A stretch of 64,000 nt of DNA from a virus (lineage: Duplodnaviria > Caudoviricetes): the IMG/VR virus record IMGVR_UViG_2595698754_000001, positions 3,171 through 67,170 of that record; one strand, given 5' to 3'. Below are positions 20,380 through 30,425 of this stretch, one piece after another. Each line of letters begins with the position of its first letter. Position 1 is the stretch's first letter. The translations under genes and the position numbers were made by a program. The notes beneath the pieces were generated by a model. That model did no database searches. It worked only from the letters and a program-made list of their open reading frames with translations, and was not told the origin of the DNA.

Positions 20380-20593
20380 ATGCTATTTTAAAGTACACTC
20401 CAAGTTTTACTAGATGTTCATTACCTCTGTCATCTACTATAAAGAAGTAGCGTGGCATATGGGGGCTTAATTTAACCACTTCATATGTTTGTAGATGAGT
20501 ATAATGACCAGAACAACCGCCACATCCCATATACCTAACCATATCCCCAATATCTACGCCTTGTGGAGTATTAGACAAGTTTATTCCCTTCAA
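20378..20593 (-). CDS. hypothetical protein
   Basis: Last ORF of the leftward operon; overlaps the upstream gene. Confidence 0.55.
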   Translation of the reverse strand: MKGINLSNTPQGVDIGDMVRYMGCGGCSGHYTHLQTYEVVKLSPHMPRYFFIVDDRGNEHLVKLGVYFKIA

Positions 20594-20942
20594 TCACTCT
20601 GTCTGCTTCTTCTATCACCGCATCGAGTGCTAGAACAATAGACAAAACATCTATATCGCTACTCTCTCCCCCGACTGGAATGTCCATATTATCAAGACCT
20701 TCTGTCAATAGGAGTAGAGCTTTAATGGCTTTTAAAGAAGATTCTATAGTGTTAGTAGTATAATCATAAACTGTTTCAGATATAGTTTCTTCTTTGATGG
20801 CATCATCAACCATCTTCATTGTTCCATCTAATAGCGTAGATAACTTAACTAACGTACTTAGTACTAACATATTATTTAGGAATTCTTTTGAAACCTCAAT
20901 AGTTCCATCTTCCTGATAAATCATTTCATCTTTATTTGACAT
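20571..20942 (-). CDS. hypothetical acidic protein
   Basis: Translationally coupled ORF in the leftward operon. Confidence 0.65.
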   Translation of the reverse strand: MSNKDEMIYQEDGTIEVSKEFLNNMLVLSTLVKLSTLLDGTMKMVDDAIKEETISETVYDYTTNTIESSLKAIKALLLLTEGLDNMDIPVGGESSDIDVLSIVLALDAVIEEADRVIEGNKLV

Positions 20943-21132
20943 GATTATCTAAATCCTTGGCTGCATAACCTCTAATAAAGATTTCTGCTTCATAGACTGG
21001 AGCAAGTAATTCAAGAAGTTCTTGAATTGTGTCTTCCTCTACAATACCAGTCAATCCTAAGATGCGAGTTTCTAAATCTTCAATATCATCATGTAATTTA
21101 CGCACTACTAAAGATAAATTGTTTTCTTGCAT
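20932..21132 (-). CDS. hypothetical protein
   Basis: AAGGGGG RBS; operon context. Confidence 0.65.
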   Translation of the reverse strand: MQENNLSLVVRKLHDDIEDLETRILGLTGIVEEDTIQELLELLAPVYEAEIFIRGYAAKDLDNHVK

Positions 21133-21144
21133 GGTATTTCCCCC

Positions 21145-21852
21145 TTAAAATGGTAATGGCTCTGTTCCAGCTGGTGCTGGTGTAGCAGTTTTACCATGTC
21201 CACTTCCAATTAGTTTATCAATGTCAATTCCAGCTTGTGCAAGTTTTTCTAGTTGTGCTTCTTCGTTATCTTTCCAAAGAGCTTCGTCATATAACTCAAC
21301 ATTGAAACCATCTTTTACATGTGTTTCAAAGTCTTCTACTTGTTTGTTGTTTAAGTCTAGTTCATCTAGGTCTAGAGGTGATACTAAATATCCGCCTTGG
21401 ATACGTTCAATTTCAAAAGCTTTCTTACCAAATTTCTTCTCATGTTTTTCTAACGCTTTGTAAAGAGCTAGAGCTTGTTTCTTAGAAGATACTGGTAAAA
21501 TAAGTTCTTCACCTGTAGCTACTTCCCAGAAACCAAATAAGAATACTGGTTTAGCTTTGATTGCATATGCTAAGTCTTTTAGACGTTTTTCTTCATCGGA
21601 ACCAGTTGGTGCTTCTTTTGCTTCTTGATAAATCATTTCAACTGCTTTATCGTATAAGTCATTTCCAGTACATTCACTAGAACCTTTCCACACTCCGTAA
21701 TACTGATGTTGCATTGCTTGTGCATAACCTTTTTCAAATCCTGCAAATTGTAATACAATACCCTCGTCTTGCTTCAAGAATTTAGTCACTCGTTTAGTTA
21801 CTTTCTTTTCCGCAAATAATGCTTCTTTTGCTTCGCTACCTAATTTTACCAT
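21145..21852 (-). CDS. ssb: single-stranded DNA-binding protein (putative)
   Basis: 235 aa, flexible tail ending EPLPF, strong AAAGGAG RBS. Confidence 0.6.
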   Translation of the reverse strand: MVKLGSEAKEALFAEKKVTKRVTKFLKQDEGIVLQFAGFEKGYAQAMQHQYYGVWKGSSECTGNDLYDKAVEMIYQEAKEAPTGSDEEKRLKDLAYAIKAKPVFLFGFWEVATGEELILPVSSKKQALALYKALEKHEKKFGKKAFEIERIQGGYLVSPLDLDELDLNNKQVEDFETHVKDGFNVELYDEALWKDNEEAQLEKLAQAGIDIDKLIGSGHGKTATPAPAGTEPLPF

Positions 21853-22098
21853 ATGTATTTCTCCTTTGCCTATACAGGACTTTTTATTTTATATACCGGT
21901 TTGCAGACACAATATATAAGATTTATTTTTAGAGGGCTGAGAACCCGTTACATTCCACCTCTTAAATGTTTTATACAACTGAGCCTAATATCGCTTCACT
22001 TATCATGCGGTTGTTTTGGTCGACACTTACTCTTCAATGAGAGCAGGTTGTGGAAACTTAGGAATCATTTGCAGTCTGCAACCAGACAGGGAAATATA

Positions 22099-22617
22099 CT
22101 ATTCTACTTTACCAAACTTGGCATCTAACTTTTTCTGTAGTTCTAAGTTTTCAAGAGTAGCTTCTGTTAACATTTTTTCAACCGCTTTGAAATCTTCTGC
22201 TAGTGTTTTGTTGTAATCACTATCTACGAAACCCTCTGAAATCTTTTTCTCTAATTCTGCAATTTTGGAATCTTTCTCCGTATTTTCTTTTACAGAATCT
22301 AAATATTCCTCATGAACATCTGAACAAGCCTTTGATAATTCCTTAATACGTTCTGATTTATTTTCAACAAGTGTTTCTAGCTCCGCAATTTTTACTGAGT
22401 AGCTCGATTCTGTTTCACGCTGTACTCGCATAACTTCTTCCAGCTCATAATCATTTCCTTGGGAAGCATTAGCAAGCTTTTCCTGTAACTCTTCAATTGT
22501 GTATTCACTATAAGCAGTAATTGCTTGGTTTTCTTTTTTTAAAGTATTATTTTCTTCTTCTAATTTCATTACCTTTTCAGACAAAAAGCAAATTATGTCT
22601 TTTAAATTATCGTTCAT
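22099..22617 (-). CDS. coiled-coil hypothetical protein
   Basis: Glu/Lys-rich heptad pattern. Confidence 0.65.
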   Translation of the reverse strand: MNDNLKDIICFLSEKVMKLEEENNTLKKENQAITAYSEYTIEELQEKLANASQGNDYELEEVMRVQRETESSYSVKIAELETLVENKSERIKELSKACSDVHEEYLDSVKENTEKDSKIAELEKKISEGFVDSDYNKTLAEDFKAVEKMLTEATLENLELQKKLDAKFGKVE

Positions 22618-23267
22618 TTATTTTCCCCCTTGAAATCCTCGTAACGATGACTAATTTTATCGTTAACAATGTAATTATTGTAATCATCTTGCTCAATATA
22701 CCACCAATCTTTTTGGTGACCTTGCTTTAAGAAATCATGCAAGTGGTATGTCGTTTGGTACTCGTCATCTATGCACTGGCGAAAAGAAAGCTCTGTCACC
22801 ACGTCTGATTCTTCTACGAGTTTAACAATGTCACTGATGTAATCTTCATCCATAAATTCTTGTACAACGAATACAGCACGTGCTATCTCATTGTCAACAC
22901 GTTTAATCTGTTTTACATGCTCTTTACGCTGGCAGTGATAAACAATTCTATCAAAATCTACTGGCTGTTTATTTAGTAAACTATATTTATACGAAGTATG
23001 CAACTCATATTCAGCACCTACTGAGTGTGTCTTGTCTGCTAGTGCTTGGTACCAGTTTAATCGCTCTTCGTCAACATGGAACATAGGGTCGCCACCACCA
23101 GATAAGCTTAGGAAACCTAGATTGTTTTCTGCAATAAGTTTGTCAATAGTTTTGTTTACTTCTTGGATATTTGTTTCAGCTATTCCAATATCATTATTCT
23201 TAACGATACAATAAGGGCATGTCCAATGACACCCAAAATTTGTTAAGATACTATAGTTTGATGTCAT
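22614..23267 (-). CDS. radical SAM domain protein
   Basis: CxxxCxxC (CHWTCPYC) and SLSGGGDP motifs; AGGAGG RBS before ATG at 23267. Confidence 0.85.
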   Translation of the reverse strand: MTSNYSILTNFGCHWTCPYCIVKNNDIGIAETNIQEVNKTIDKLIAENNLGFLSLSGGGDPMFHVDEERLNWYQALADKTHSVGAEYELHTSYKYSLLNKQPVDFDRIVYHCQRKEHVKQIKRVDNEIARAVFVVQEFMDEDYISDIVKLVEESDVVTELSFRQCIDDEYQTTYHLHDFLKQGHQKDWWYIEQDDYNNYIVNDKISHRYEDFKGENK

Positions 23268-23289
23268 CTTATACCTCCTATTATTTCTC

Positions 23290-24108
23290 ATATACGCCTT
23301 GGACATCTATTTAATATCAGTCTTTCCAACGGTACCAGAAGGAAAAATCATGAATATAATTTACATGGTTAATTACGCCAGTAAGCGATGTCCAAGGCTT
23401 GTATCAAAAATAATAGCCCGTAGTTATAAAACCAGTAGGACTTCTACGGTGACGAACGTCTTCGTCTTGTCTTTTGTTCCCTCATTTAACTTGCTACTAC
23501 CCGTGGGCTGAGGTATCCATAGACTGCGTACAGAATTAGAATGGACTGGATATTACATACTCGGAAAGGATTTTACTTTTATGAACTAATTAATTTGTTT
23601 TACAGGACTTTTAAGGAATAAGACCTACGTTTCTTACCCAACCCATTAACTACTTCATGAGGTGCACTTACCTTTTCCGTCACAAGTATAAGCTGTTAAC
23701 ATACAGCCAAACGCCACAGACCAGTTTTACTTCCATTATGCGGACAGGATGTGAGATTAGGATGGGAATACGTCTCCCACCGAGACCGACGAGCAAGTAC
23801 TAAGCCCTTGTCTGGCAACATGACAATCTCATCTGCCACGTCCTCTATATTACGGTTATGTGTTTGTCATAGTAGCGAGCGGACAACCCTCTAACAACAA
23901 ACTCCACTCCACATATATAAAGTATCGAAAGCTAGTATCACAACATACTATTTGGCGGACTTCATAGGCTATGAACCTAGTCTGTCCATAATGTGGCAGT
24001 TGATATATTAGCAACCACCACAAAATAATTAAGAAGGAGGTGTGTGAAATAAACATAAACGAAAGGTGATGATGTCTTTTCACTAAGCTAACCTTGTGGC
24101 TAACTTAT
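23290..24108 (-). ncRNA. candidate large structured non-coding RNA (about 820 nt)
   Basis: No credible ORF; extended -10 promoter at 24115-24123; many nested inverted repeats including long-range stems. Confidence 0.6.
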
Positions 24109-24114
24109 ATACAT

Positions 24115-24123
24115 ATTATAGCA
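24115..24123 (-). promoter_or_regulatory. extended -10 promoter (TGnTATAAT) driving the ncRNA candidate and leftward operon
   Basis: Minus strand reads TGCTATAAT. Confidence 0.7.
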
Positions 24124-24204
24124 TGAATATATCCGTAACGAAACACTAATACTAAAAATAGGTCTTAGGTATGAACTTTAGTATTTGTGCTTGCGTTGCC
24201 GAGT

Positions 24205-24365
24205 AAAGTGATTTAATCTTTTAATTACTAACATAAGTTCTTTAAGAGATTAAGGTCAAGAGATTAAAAGAGTTTCGCCTTTGGCGACCGGCTTTGCCGG
24301 AAAGTTCTTTATCTCTTTTCTTTTTATCTATTAAAGATATATAATATGCACACGTGCGTGAAACG
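24205..24365. other. candidate replication origin
   Basis: AAGAGATTAA direct repeats with an inverted partial copy, twin GC hairpins and an AT-rich tract, upstream of the replication genes. Confidence 0.35.
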
Positions 24366-24382
24366 TTTAGGAGGGAAAAGTT

Positions 24383-24900
24383 TTGGTTAATGTTAAACAA
24401 ATAAAAGATTATCCAGATTATTTTGTATATGATGATGGCAGGATTTTTAGTAATATTTCTAATAGATTCTTAAAAACAGTCGTAAATAATTTAGGATATG
24501 TAAAAGTAGGATTGAATGGTAAGGGTGGTAGAAAGACTGTTTCTGTTCATAGATTAGTAGCACAAGCTTTTATAGAGAATGTAGAAAATAAGCCACAAGT
24601 AAATCATATTGACGAGGATAAGACAAATAACAATGTATCTAATCTAGAGTGGTGCACTTCTTTTGAAAATATGCACCATGGAAGTAGAGGAAAACGTGCT
24701 GGTAAAGCTGTTTCAAAAGCACATAGCAAGAAAATAGTTGGAACAACATCATAACAGGAGAAAAACTATTCTATGATTCTGCTACAGCTGCGGAAAAGGA
24801 TGGAAAAGGATTTAATCAAGGAAATATTTGTTCGGTTATTAAAGGCAGATTAAAAACATCAATGGGATATACTTGGGAATATGTATTTGACAATAATTAA
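24383..24900 (+). pseudogene. NUMOD4-HNH homing endonuclease, frameshifted before the C-terminal DNA-binding domain
   Basis: [24 protein letters not shown]; stops at 24754, but the NUMOD1/IENR1-like tail ([20 protein letters not shown]) continues in another frame to 24900. Confidence 0.75.
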
Positions 24901-24915
24901 AAGTAATGATAAGAT
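24887..24915 (+). promoter_or_regulatory. sigma-A promoter for the replication operon
   Basis: TTGACA-17-TAAGAT with TG. Confidence 0.7.
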
Positions 24916-24955
24916 ATGTTAAGTAACGAAATAAAATATTTAGGAGGATATATTA

Positions 24956-25339
24956 ATGGCTAAAAAGAAAATTGATTATAAAGATTGGGAAAGTATTCCG
25001 GTAAGTGAGTGGAACGGCAGCAGCTTTAATGCTTATATTGCTAGCAAGAATATAGCATTGTTTGGAAAAGAACATCATGTAAGTTCATACCCCCAACAGA
25101 ATTCTCTAATTAAAAGGTATGGGGAACAGCACACGAAAGAATTTGTTAAACAGGTAATTGATAATAGTTTTGAAGCTTGGCAGTTTAAAGGAAGAACAAC
25201 ACCTATTAATTTCATGTTTATTTATTGTAGTTTACGAGAAGAGATTGAACGTGCTACAATTGCTCAGTTTATGGGAGAAGATGTTGAGTCTACTATTGAC
25301 GTAGATAAAGACAAAATTGATTACAGTGATTTCTTTTAA
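24956..25339 (+). CDS. hypothetical protein (possible replication initiator partner)
   Basis: AGGAGG RBS; directly upstream of the helicase loader. Confidence 0.6.
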   Translation: MAKKKIDYKDWESIPVSEWNGSSFNAYIASKNIALFGKEHHVSSYPQQNSLIKRYGEQHTKEFVKQVIDNSFEAWQFKGRTTPINFMFIYCSLREEIERATIAQFMGEDVESTIDVDKDKIDYSDFF

Positions 25340-25357
25340 TACCGAGGGGGAGAAGGT

Positions 25358-26140
25358 TTGGAATACGAAGAATTTTGCAGACGATTGTCTGAAAAGAACG
25401 GAATGGATTTAGAGGATGTTATTAATAGAGCAAAACTTCTCTACATTGATTTATACGGTAGTGGTGTAGGAGGTTCTTATGGAAATGCTAATATTCCTAT
25501 TGAGTTTGCCAATATAATGTTGGATAATTCGCCAGCTAAAGCGGGACAAAAAGAATTATACGGAACTATTTTCCCTAACTATGTCCCATCTATTGAGAGA
25601 TTGTTTGATGGAACAGATATGAATGACCCAGCAAACTCTATTAAAAACATGTACTTCTATAGTGATGCAACCGGAACAGGTAAAACAACTTCTGCATGTG
25701 CCTTACTTAATCAGCTTGTATTTGATGGTTGGTATTACGCTAATAAACACGGAAAGAAACTAACTAGAAACTTCGCATATTATGTAGACATGAACGAATT
25801 ACAAGCACTTTACAATCAGTTTAACCGGATGGCTTCAAGCAGTACAGAGATGGCTTCGGAAGCTTCCACAGAATTTTATCGCCGATTAAACAAAGCAAAA
25901 GAAGCAAAGATTCTTGTGATAGATGATATTGGAGTACGTTCTGTAACAGAAGGATTGCGTGGGGACATTCACGATTTAATAAACTCACGAGTAACCAGCA
26001 GACGTATCACTATTTATACATCCAACTTAGAAATGCAAAAGATGGCAATGTCCTTAGACACACGTTTGTGGGATAGAATTCGTCATAACACATTCGTAGT
26101 GGAGTTCAAGGGTAAATCCAAACGTAAGGGAGTGAACTAG
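25358..26140 (+). CDS. DnaC/IstB-like helicase loader ATPase
   Basis: TGTGKT Walker A, LVIDDIG Walker B, TIYTSNL, RLWDRI. Confidence 0.88.
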   Translation: MEYEEFCRRLSEKNGMDLEDVINRAKLLYIDLYGSGVGGSYGNANIPIEFANIMLDNSPAKAGQKELYGTIFPNYVPSIERLFDGTDMNDPANSIKNMYFYSDATGTGKTTSACALLNQLVFDGWYYANKHGKKLTRNFAYYVDMNELQALYNQFNRMASSSTEMASEASTEFYRRLNKAKEAKILVIDDIGVRSVTEGLRGDIHDLINSRVTSRRITIYTSNLEMQKMAMSLDTRLWDRIRHNTFVVEFKGKSKRKGVN

Positions 26141-27469
26141 ATGGCTATTTATTATGGAACACAATTCCTAAGCCGTATCATTGAGGATGACAACATCCGT
26201 CCCTTAGCTGAATTTGGAATCAAAGAAAAAGATTTTCTAACTCAAACAGAAAAAGAAACTTATCTATTCATTAAACAATATCATGATAGATATGGTAAAT
26301 GCCCTGATGCAGAAACCGTTGTGACTAAGTATCCAGAGTTTGGCTATATGCCTGCTATTGATGCAACGTTCGAATATATGGCACGTGAAACAAAGAACTA
26401 TAATTTAGCCGTAGAAACAGTAAACTTTATTAATGATGAGGTTCTAACGAGTTTCGATAGCTATAACTCAGTAGATGACTTCTGGGAATTTGTTAATGAC
26501 CGTGCTAAACAAATGCAAAATAATAATGCCATGCCTGCTAACGTGGGAGCAGATATTATTAATGACTTTGATTGGTTCCAAGAAGAGTACCGCAATATCC
26601 AAACAGGTGTTGGACGTAAAACTTGGGATTCATCTTTCCCTACGATTAATAAAGAGGTTGGCGGATATAATTCTGGTAACTGTATTCTATGGTTTGGACG
26701 TTCGGGACGTGGTAAATCTTTAATAACACTTCAAGAAGCTATTAAATCAGCTATCGAAGGTGCCACAGTTCTTATCTATAATCTGGAAATGTCTAAGTAT
26801 GAATACTTCACACGTGCTTATTCTATTATCACAGCGATGTATAAGAAGAATAGTGTTAAGCTTGGTATTGAAGAATACTTAGCAGGATATAGTGTTAAGG
26901 CTTTAATGAATGGTAAACTATCTATTCCAGATGAAGAAGATTTCGCAGAAGCTATGGCAGATATTATGAGCAAAGTTATGGGACGTATTATTGTACGTTC
27001 AGCCAACGAGCCAGGTTTTGATAGTTGGAATTGTGACCAACTAGAAGACGACATTGTAAACACTAATGCAGATGTAGTTCTAATTGATGCTTTCTATCTT
27101 TTGGAATATGAAAACAACTCATCAAGAACAGCTGGAGGAGCCGCAGCAGAAACTTCTAAACGAGTTCGTAAAATTGCTGCGAAGCACAACATCGTTATGC
27201 ACTTAATCACCCAAGCAGAAGAACTTAAAATATCAAAAGACGAGCGGGAACTTCTTGCCCCAACTCGTGACCAAGTGAAGAAAACGTCTTCTCTTTTGGA
27301 AGACTGTGCCGTTGTTATTGCATTCGATTCTATGGATAAGAACTTCATTGTAGAGATTGTTAAAGGTCGTACTGGTGGAGAAAACGTTGAACTAACAGGA
27401 GTATGGCTACCTAGTTATGGATTGATTCACGAAATCGAACCATCCGCAAATAAAGATTTATTCATCTAA
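26141..27469 (+). CDS. dnaB: replicative DnaB-like helicase
   Basis: GRSGRGKS, YNLEM, VLIDAFYL, KGRTG motifs. Confidence 0.9.
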   Translation: MAIYYGTQFLSRIIEDDNIRPLAEFGIKEKDFLTQTEKETYLFIKQYHDRYGKCPDAETVVTKYPEFGYMPAIDATFEYMARETKNYNLAVETVNFINDEVLTSFDSYNSVDDFWEFVNDRAKQMQNNNAMPANVGADIINDFDWFQEEYRNIQTGVGRKTWDSSFPTINKEVGGYNSGNCILWFGRSGRGKSLITLQEAIKSAIEGATVLIYNLEMSKYEYFTRAYSIITAMYKKNSVKLGIEEYLAGYSVKALMNGKLSIPDEEDFAEAMADIMSKVMGRIIVRSANEPGFDSWNCDQLEDDIVNTNADVVLIDAFYLLEYENNSSRTAGGAAAETSKRVRKIAAKHNIVMHLITQAEELKISKDERELLAPTRDQVKKTSSLLEDCAVVIAFDSMDKNFIVEIVKGRTGGENVELTGVWLPSYGLIHEIEPSANKDLFI

Positions 27470-27536
27470 TAAAAATAAAGTGTGTGGTTAACTTGACTTC
27501 ACACTTTGTTTATGTTATAATAGATAGAGAAAAGGA

Positions 27537-28511
27537 GTGTTTACAGTGACGTTAATAAAGATACGTGGAAATAGAATCAATGTGGACATCGTGTCAGAAC
27601 TACAAGAGCACGAATGGACAAACGCTAGATGGTCAGAAGAAAAGTTAATATGCAACTCACCTTTTAGAGCAGATTCTCACCCGTCATTCTTTGTTAACCT
27701 TGTAAACTTCACAGGGTCAGATGGAGGAGGAACTTGGGGAGACAGTGGTAGTGGTGAAACAGGAAACATAATTTCATTACTTTCACGACTGCGAGATATG
27801 AGTTATGATGAAGTAGCAGATTATCTAGTTGAAACTTACGGACTCAAAAGTGGCGTTCCTAAACTACAGGGAAAACTTTGGAGCAAGGAAGTCACGCCTC
27901 TAACAATTCCATCACAAGTGTTTAGCCCCTATTTGGAATCACGCGGGATTAACAAAGAAATTCAAGAGATGTATGGAACTAGCGAAGAAGACCGCAAAGT
28001 CTATATTCCATGGTATGACCGAAAGAATGATTTGATTGCTTGTAAGATACGTTATACGGATAAAAAGGGATTTGAAACGTTACACAAAGAAGTAGGTATT
28101 ACAAAGAATAATTTATTTGGATTACCACAAGCACTACAGCAGAAGCCTTCTACACTAATAATTGTGGAGAGTGAAATTGATGCTATGTCCGTTCGTGCTA
28201 TTGGATACTGTGCGGTAGCCGTAGGAACTTCCCGATTAACTAAGGTACAACGGGATTCTATTTTATCATTAGGAATTAAACGCCTATTCTTTGCAGGAGA
28301 CAATGATAAAAAGGGAAGAGAATTTAATAAAGCGATGTACAAAAGTTTCGAAGGGTACATGATTGATAGATTTATGGTAGTGTTTCCAGATGAAATAAAA
28401 GATTTTAATGATTATTTAAATGCCTATGATGGATTTCCTAGCTTCCGAAGTCTTGAAACAGATGCAAAATGGAAAAGAATACTTAATGAAATAGGTGAGA
28501 GTACATGGTAA
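27537..28511 (+). CDS. DNA primase (Zn-finger-like plus TOPRIM)
   Basis: CNSPFRADSHPSF; IVESEIDAMS; AGDNDKKG; KDFND. Confidence 0.9.
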   Translation: MFTVTLIKIRGNRINVDIVSELQEHEWTNARWSEEKLICNSPFRADSHPSFFVNLVNFTGSDGGGTWGDSGSGETGNIISLLSRLRDMSYDEVADYLVETYGLKSGVPKLQGKLWSKEVTPLTIPSQVFSPYLESRGINKEIQEMYGTSEEDRKVYIPWYDRKNDLIACKIRYTDKKGFETLHKEVGITKNNLFGLPQALQQKPSTLIIVESEIDAMSVRAIGYCAVAVGTSRLTKVQRDSILSLGIKRLFFAGDNDKKGREFNKAMYKSFEGYMIDRFMVVFPDEIKDFNDYLNAYDGFPSFRSLETDAKWKRILNEIGESTW

Positions 28512-28960
28512 AAATGGAACAGATTTATGCCCTCATACTCGTAGTTACTGAACAGGCTAGACAAGGCTTCCACATAACGGAAGCCGAAGTAACTACTTTG
28601 AGAGCTAATTTATACACGGAAATGGAAGAGACGATTAAGAAGTTTCCAGATTTAAAAACAGAAGATATACGTGATTTGATAAAGCACACAACCAATTATA
28701 GAATACTTAGTACAAATAAAGAAAGAACGCCAGAACATATACTTGAAGAAACATTACGAGATATGCTGGATACATACCCGTACGATATTGAAGATGACGA
28801 AGAATTTCCTAACGATATTTGGAATGCCTTATTAAGTATCAGTGCGGGATGTTCTGTGGAAGAAGTCGCCAAAAGTTTAAACACAACTACGAAGGGACTT
28901 CAAAAATTCATAGACAAATATAAGAAGGGGGATATGCGATGTGGTAAAATCCCAAGGTAA
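28505..28960 (+). CDS. hypothetical protein with C-terminal HTH
   Basis: SVEEVAKSLNTT helix-turn-helix-like segment. Confidence 0.55.
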   Translation: MVKMEQIYALILVVTEQARQGFHITEAEVTTLRANLYTEMEETIKKFPDLKTEDIRDLIKHTTNYRILSTNKERTPEHILEETLRDMLDTYPYDIEDDEEFPNDIWNALLSISAGCSVEEVAKSLNTTTKGLQKFIDKYKKGDMRCGKIPR

Positions 28961-30425
28961 GTTTGAAAACACTGTTTTAAAAGCCTTGAATTTAGATAAG
29001 ATTAAGGCACCTACACCACGAATTCCAAAGGAAGTAGCAGAGGTAAAAGAACGTATCAAAGAAACCTACGAGATAGAACCTTTGGAAGATGCTTGGAAAG
29101 CTATTGCAGAAATGAAAAATTCTGAATCAGCCAAAGAGAAGTTACGTATTGTTAAACAACGGATGGACGAAGGAAAATTATTCCGAGAGCCTCAAGTAGG
29201 AAAGAAACCTAAGAAGTTCACCAAAGCAGAAGCCTTACGATTATATACGAAGGTGGAAGCAGAACAACGACAAGAAAAACTAGAAGAACTTCTAAGAACT
29301 AAGCCAGATAATTACTACACGATTACAACCTCAGCTGAAATGTTAGAGATGTTAAAGCTGGCGGGTAAAGAAACTCTAATGGCGATAGATACGGAAACAA
29401 CTGGATTAGATGTTTATAGAGACGAAACAGTTGGATACTCAGTATCTTTGGACAAGGCAGACAAACACTATTATGTACCACTTCTGCACATGGATGGCAC
29501 TAACTATCATGATGATGGAAACATTTCCGCAATGAGTGCCTTAGCTGAATTAGTTGGAAGAGAAGATACAGACTTAGTTTTCCATAACGCAAGCTTTGAC
29601 CGAGACATACTGTATTCAAACGACATAGAAATTAAAGGTCGCATCCATGACACTGCTGTTATTATGCACTTGATGGATGAAAACTTAGTAAGCTATCGTC
29701 TGAAAGATTTGGCACCTAAATATCTTGGAGCTGAATCAGATACGTTTGACACGCTATTCAAAGATGCGAAAGACTTTAGATATGTTCCTATCCAATATGC
29801 TTCCGTATATGCAGCAAAGGATACTCATTTAACACTTAGACTTTATAAATTCTTAATGAATTACATGAGTAAGCCAACCTTCGCTGGAGTTAAAACGTTA
29901 TATGAGGAAGTTGAACAGCCTGTTATCAGTGTTACAAATGACATGGAACGTGTTGGTTTCCAACTTGATTTAATGGAAGTAGAGAGCCAGAAAGCCTTCC
30001 TTGAACAAGAATCAGCACGTCTTAAAGATGAACTAGATGGCTGGTTTGGAAGTATCAACTATAATTCTCCTCAACAACTTGGAGAAGTAATATATGATAA
30101 GTTTAAATTAGGTGATTACGTTAGCTTCAAAGAAAGAAATAAACGAAGCACTGGCAAAGAAGTATTAGAACAACTAGAAAACCGTCACCCAGCTATCAAG
30201 ATTCTCATAGAATATCGCAAAGTATCCAAACTGCTAGACGGATTTGTTAAGAAAGCTAGTGACAAGGTTTCACCAGACGGACGTATCCATGCACAGTTTA
30301 AACAGAATGGAACAAAGACTGGTAGATATAGCTCTAAGGAACCTAACTTCCAGAATATCCCACCAGAAGCTCGTAAGATGTTTATAGCACCGCAAGGGCA
30401 GTTAATACTATCTGCCGATTTCAGT
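28941..30425 (+). CDS. polA: family A DNA polymerase, exon 1 (3'-5' exonuclease to motif A)
   Basis: IDTETTG, FHNASFD, YAAKD, TGRYSSKEPNFQNIP; breaks in motif A at ILSADFS. Confidence 0.95.

Noticed and set aside
23299-24083. ORFs 23299-23511 (+) and 23856-24083 (-)
   Set aside because: No convincing RBS, atypical composition, and they overlap dense RNA-like stems.
23290-24108. Group II intron, tRNA cluster or tmRNA
   Set aside because: No GUGYG 5' end or domain V, and no T-loop GTTC(G/A)A cloverleaf or CCA end recognised by eye; a covariance-model scan is still needed.
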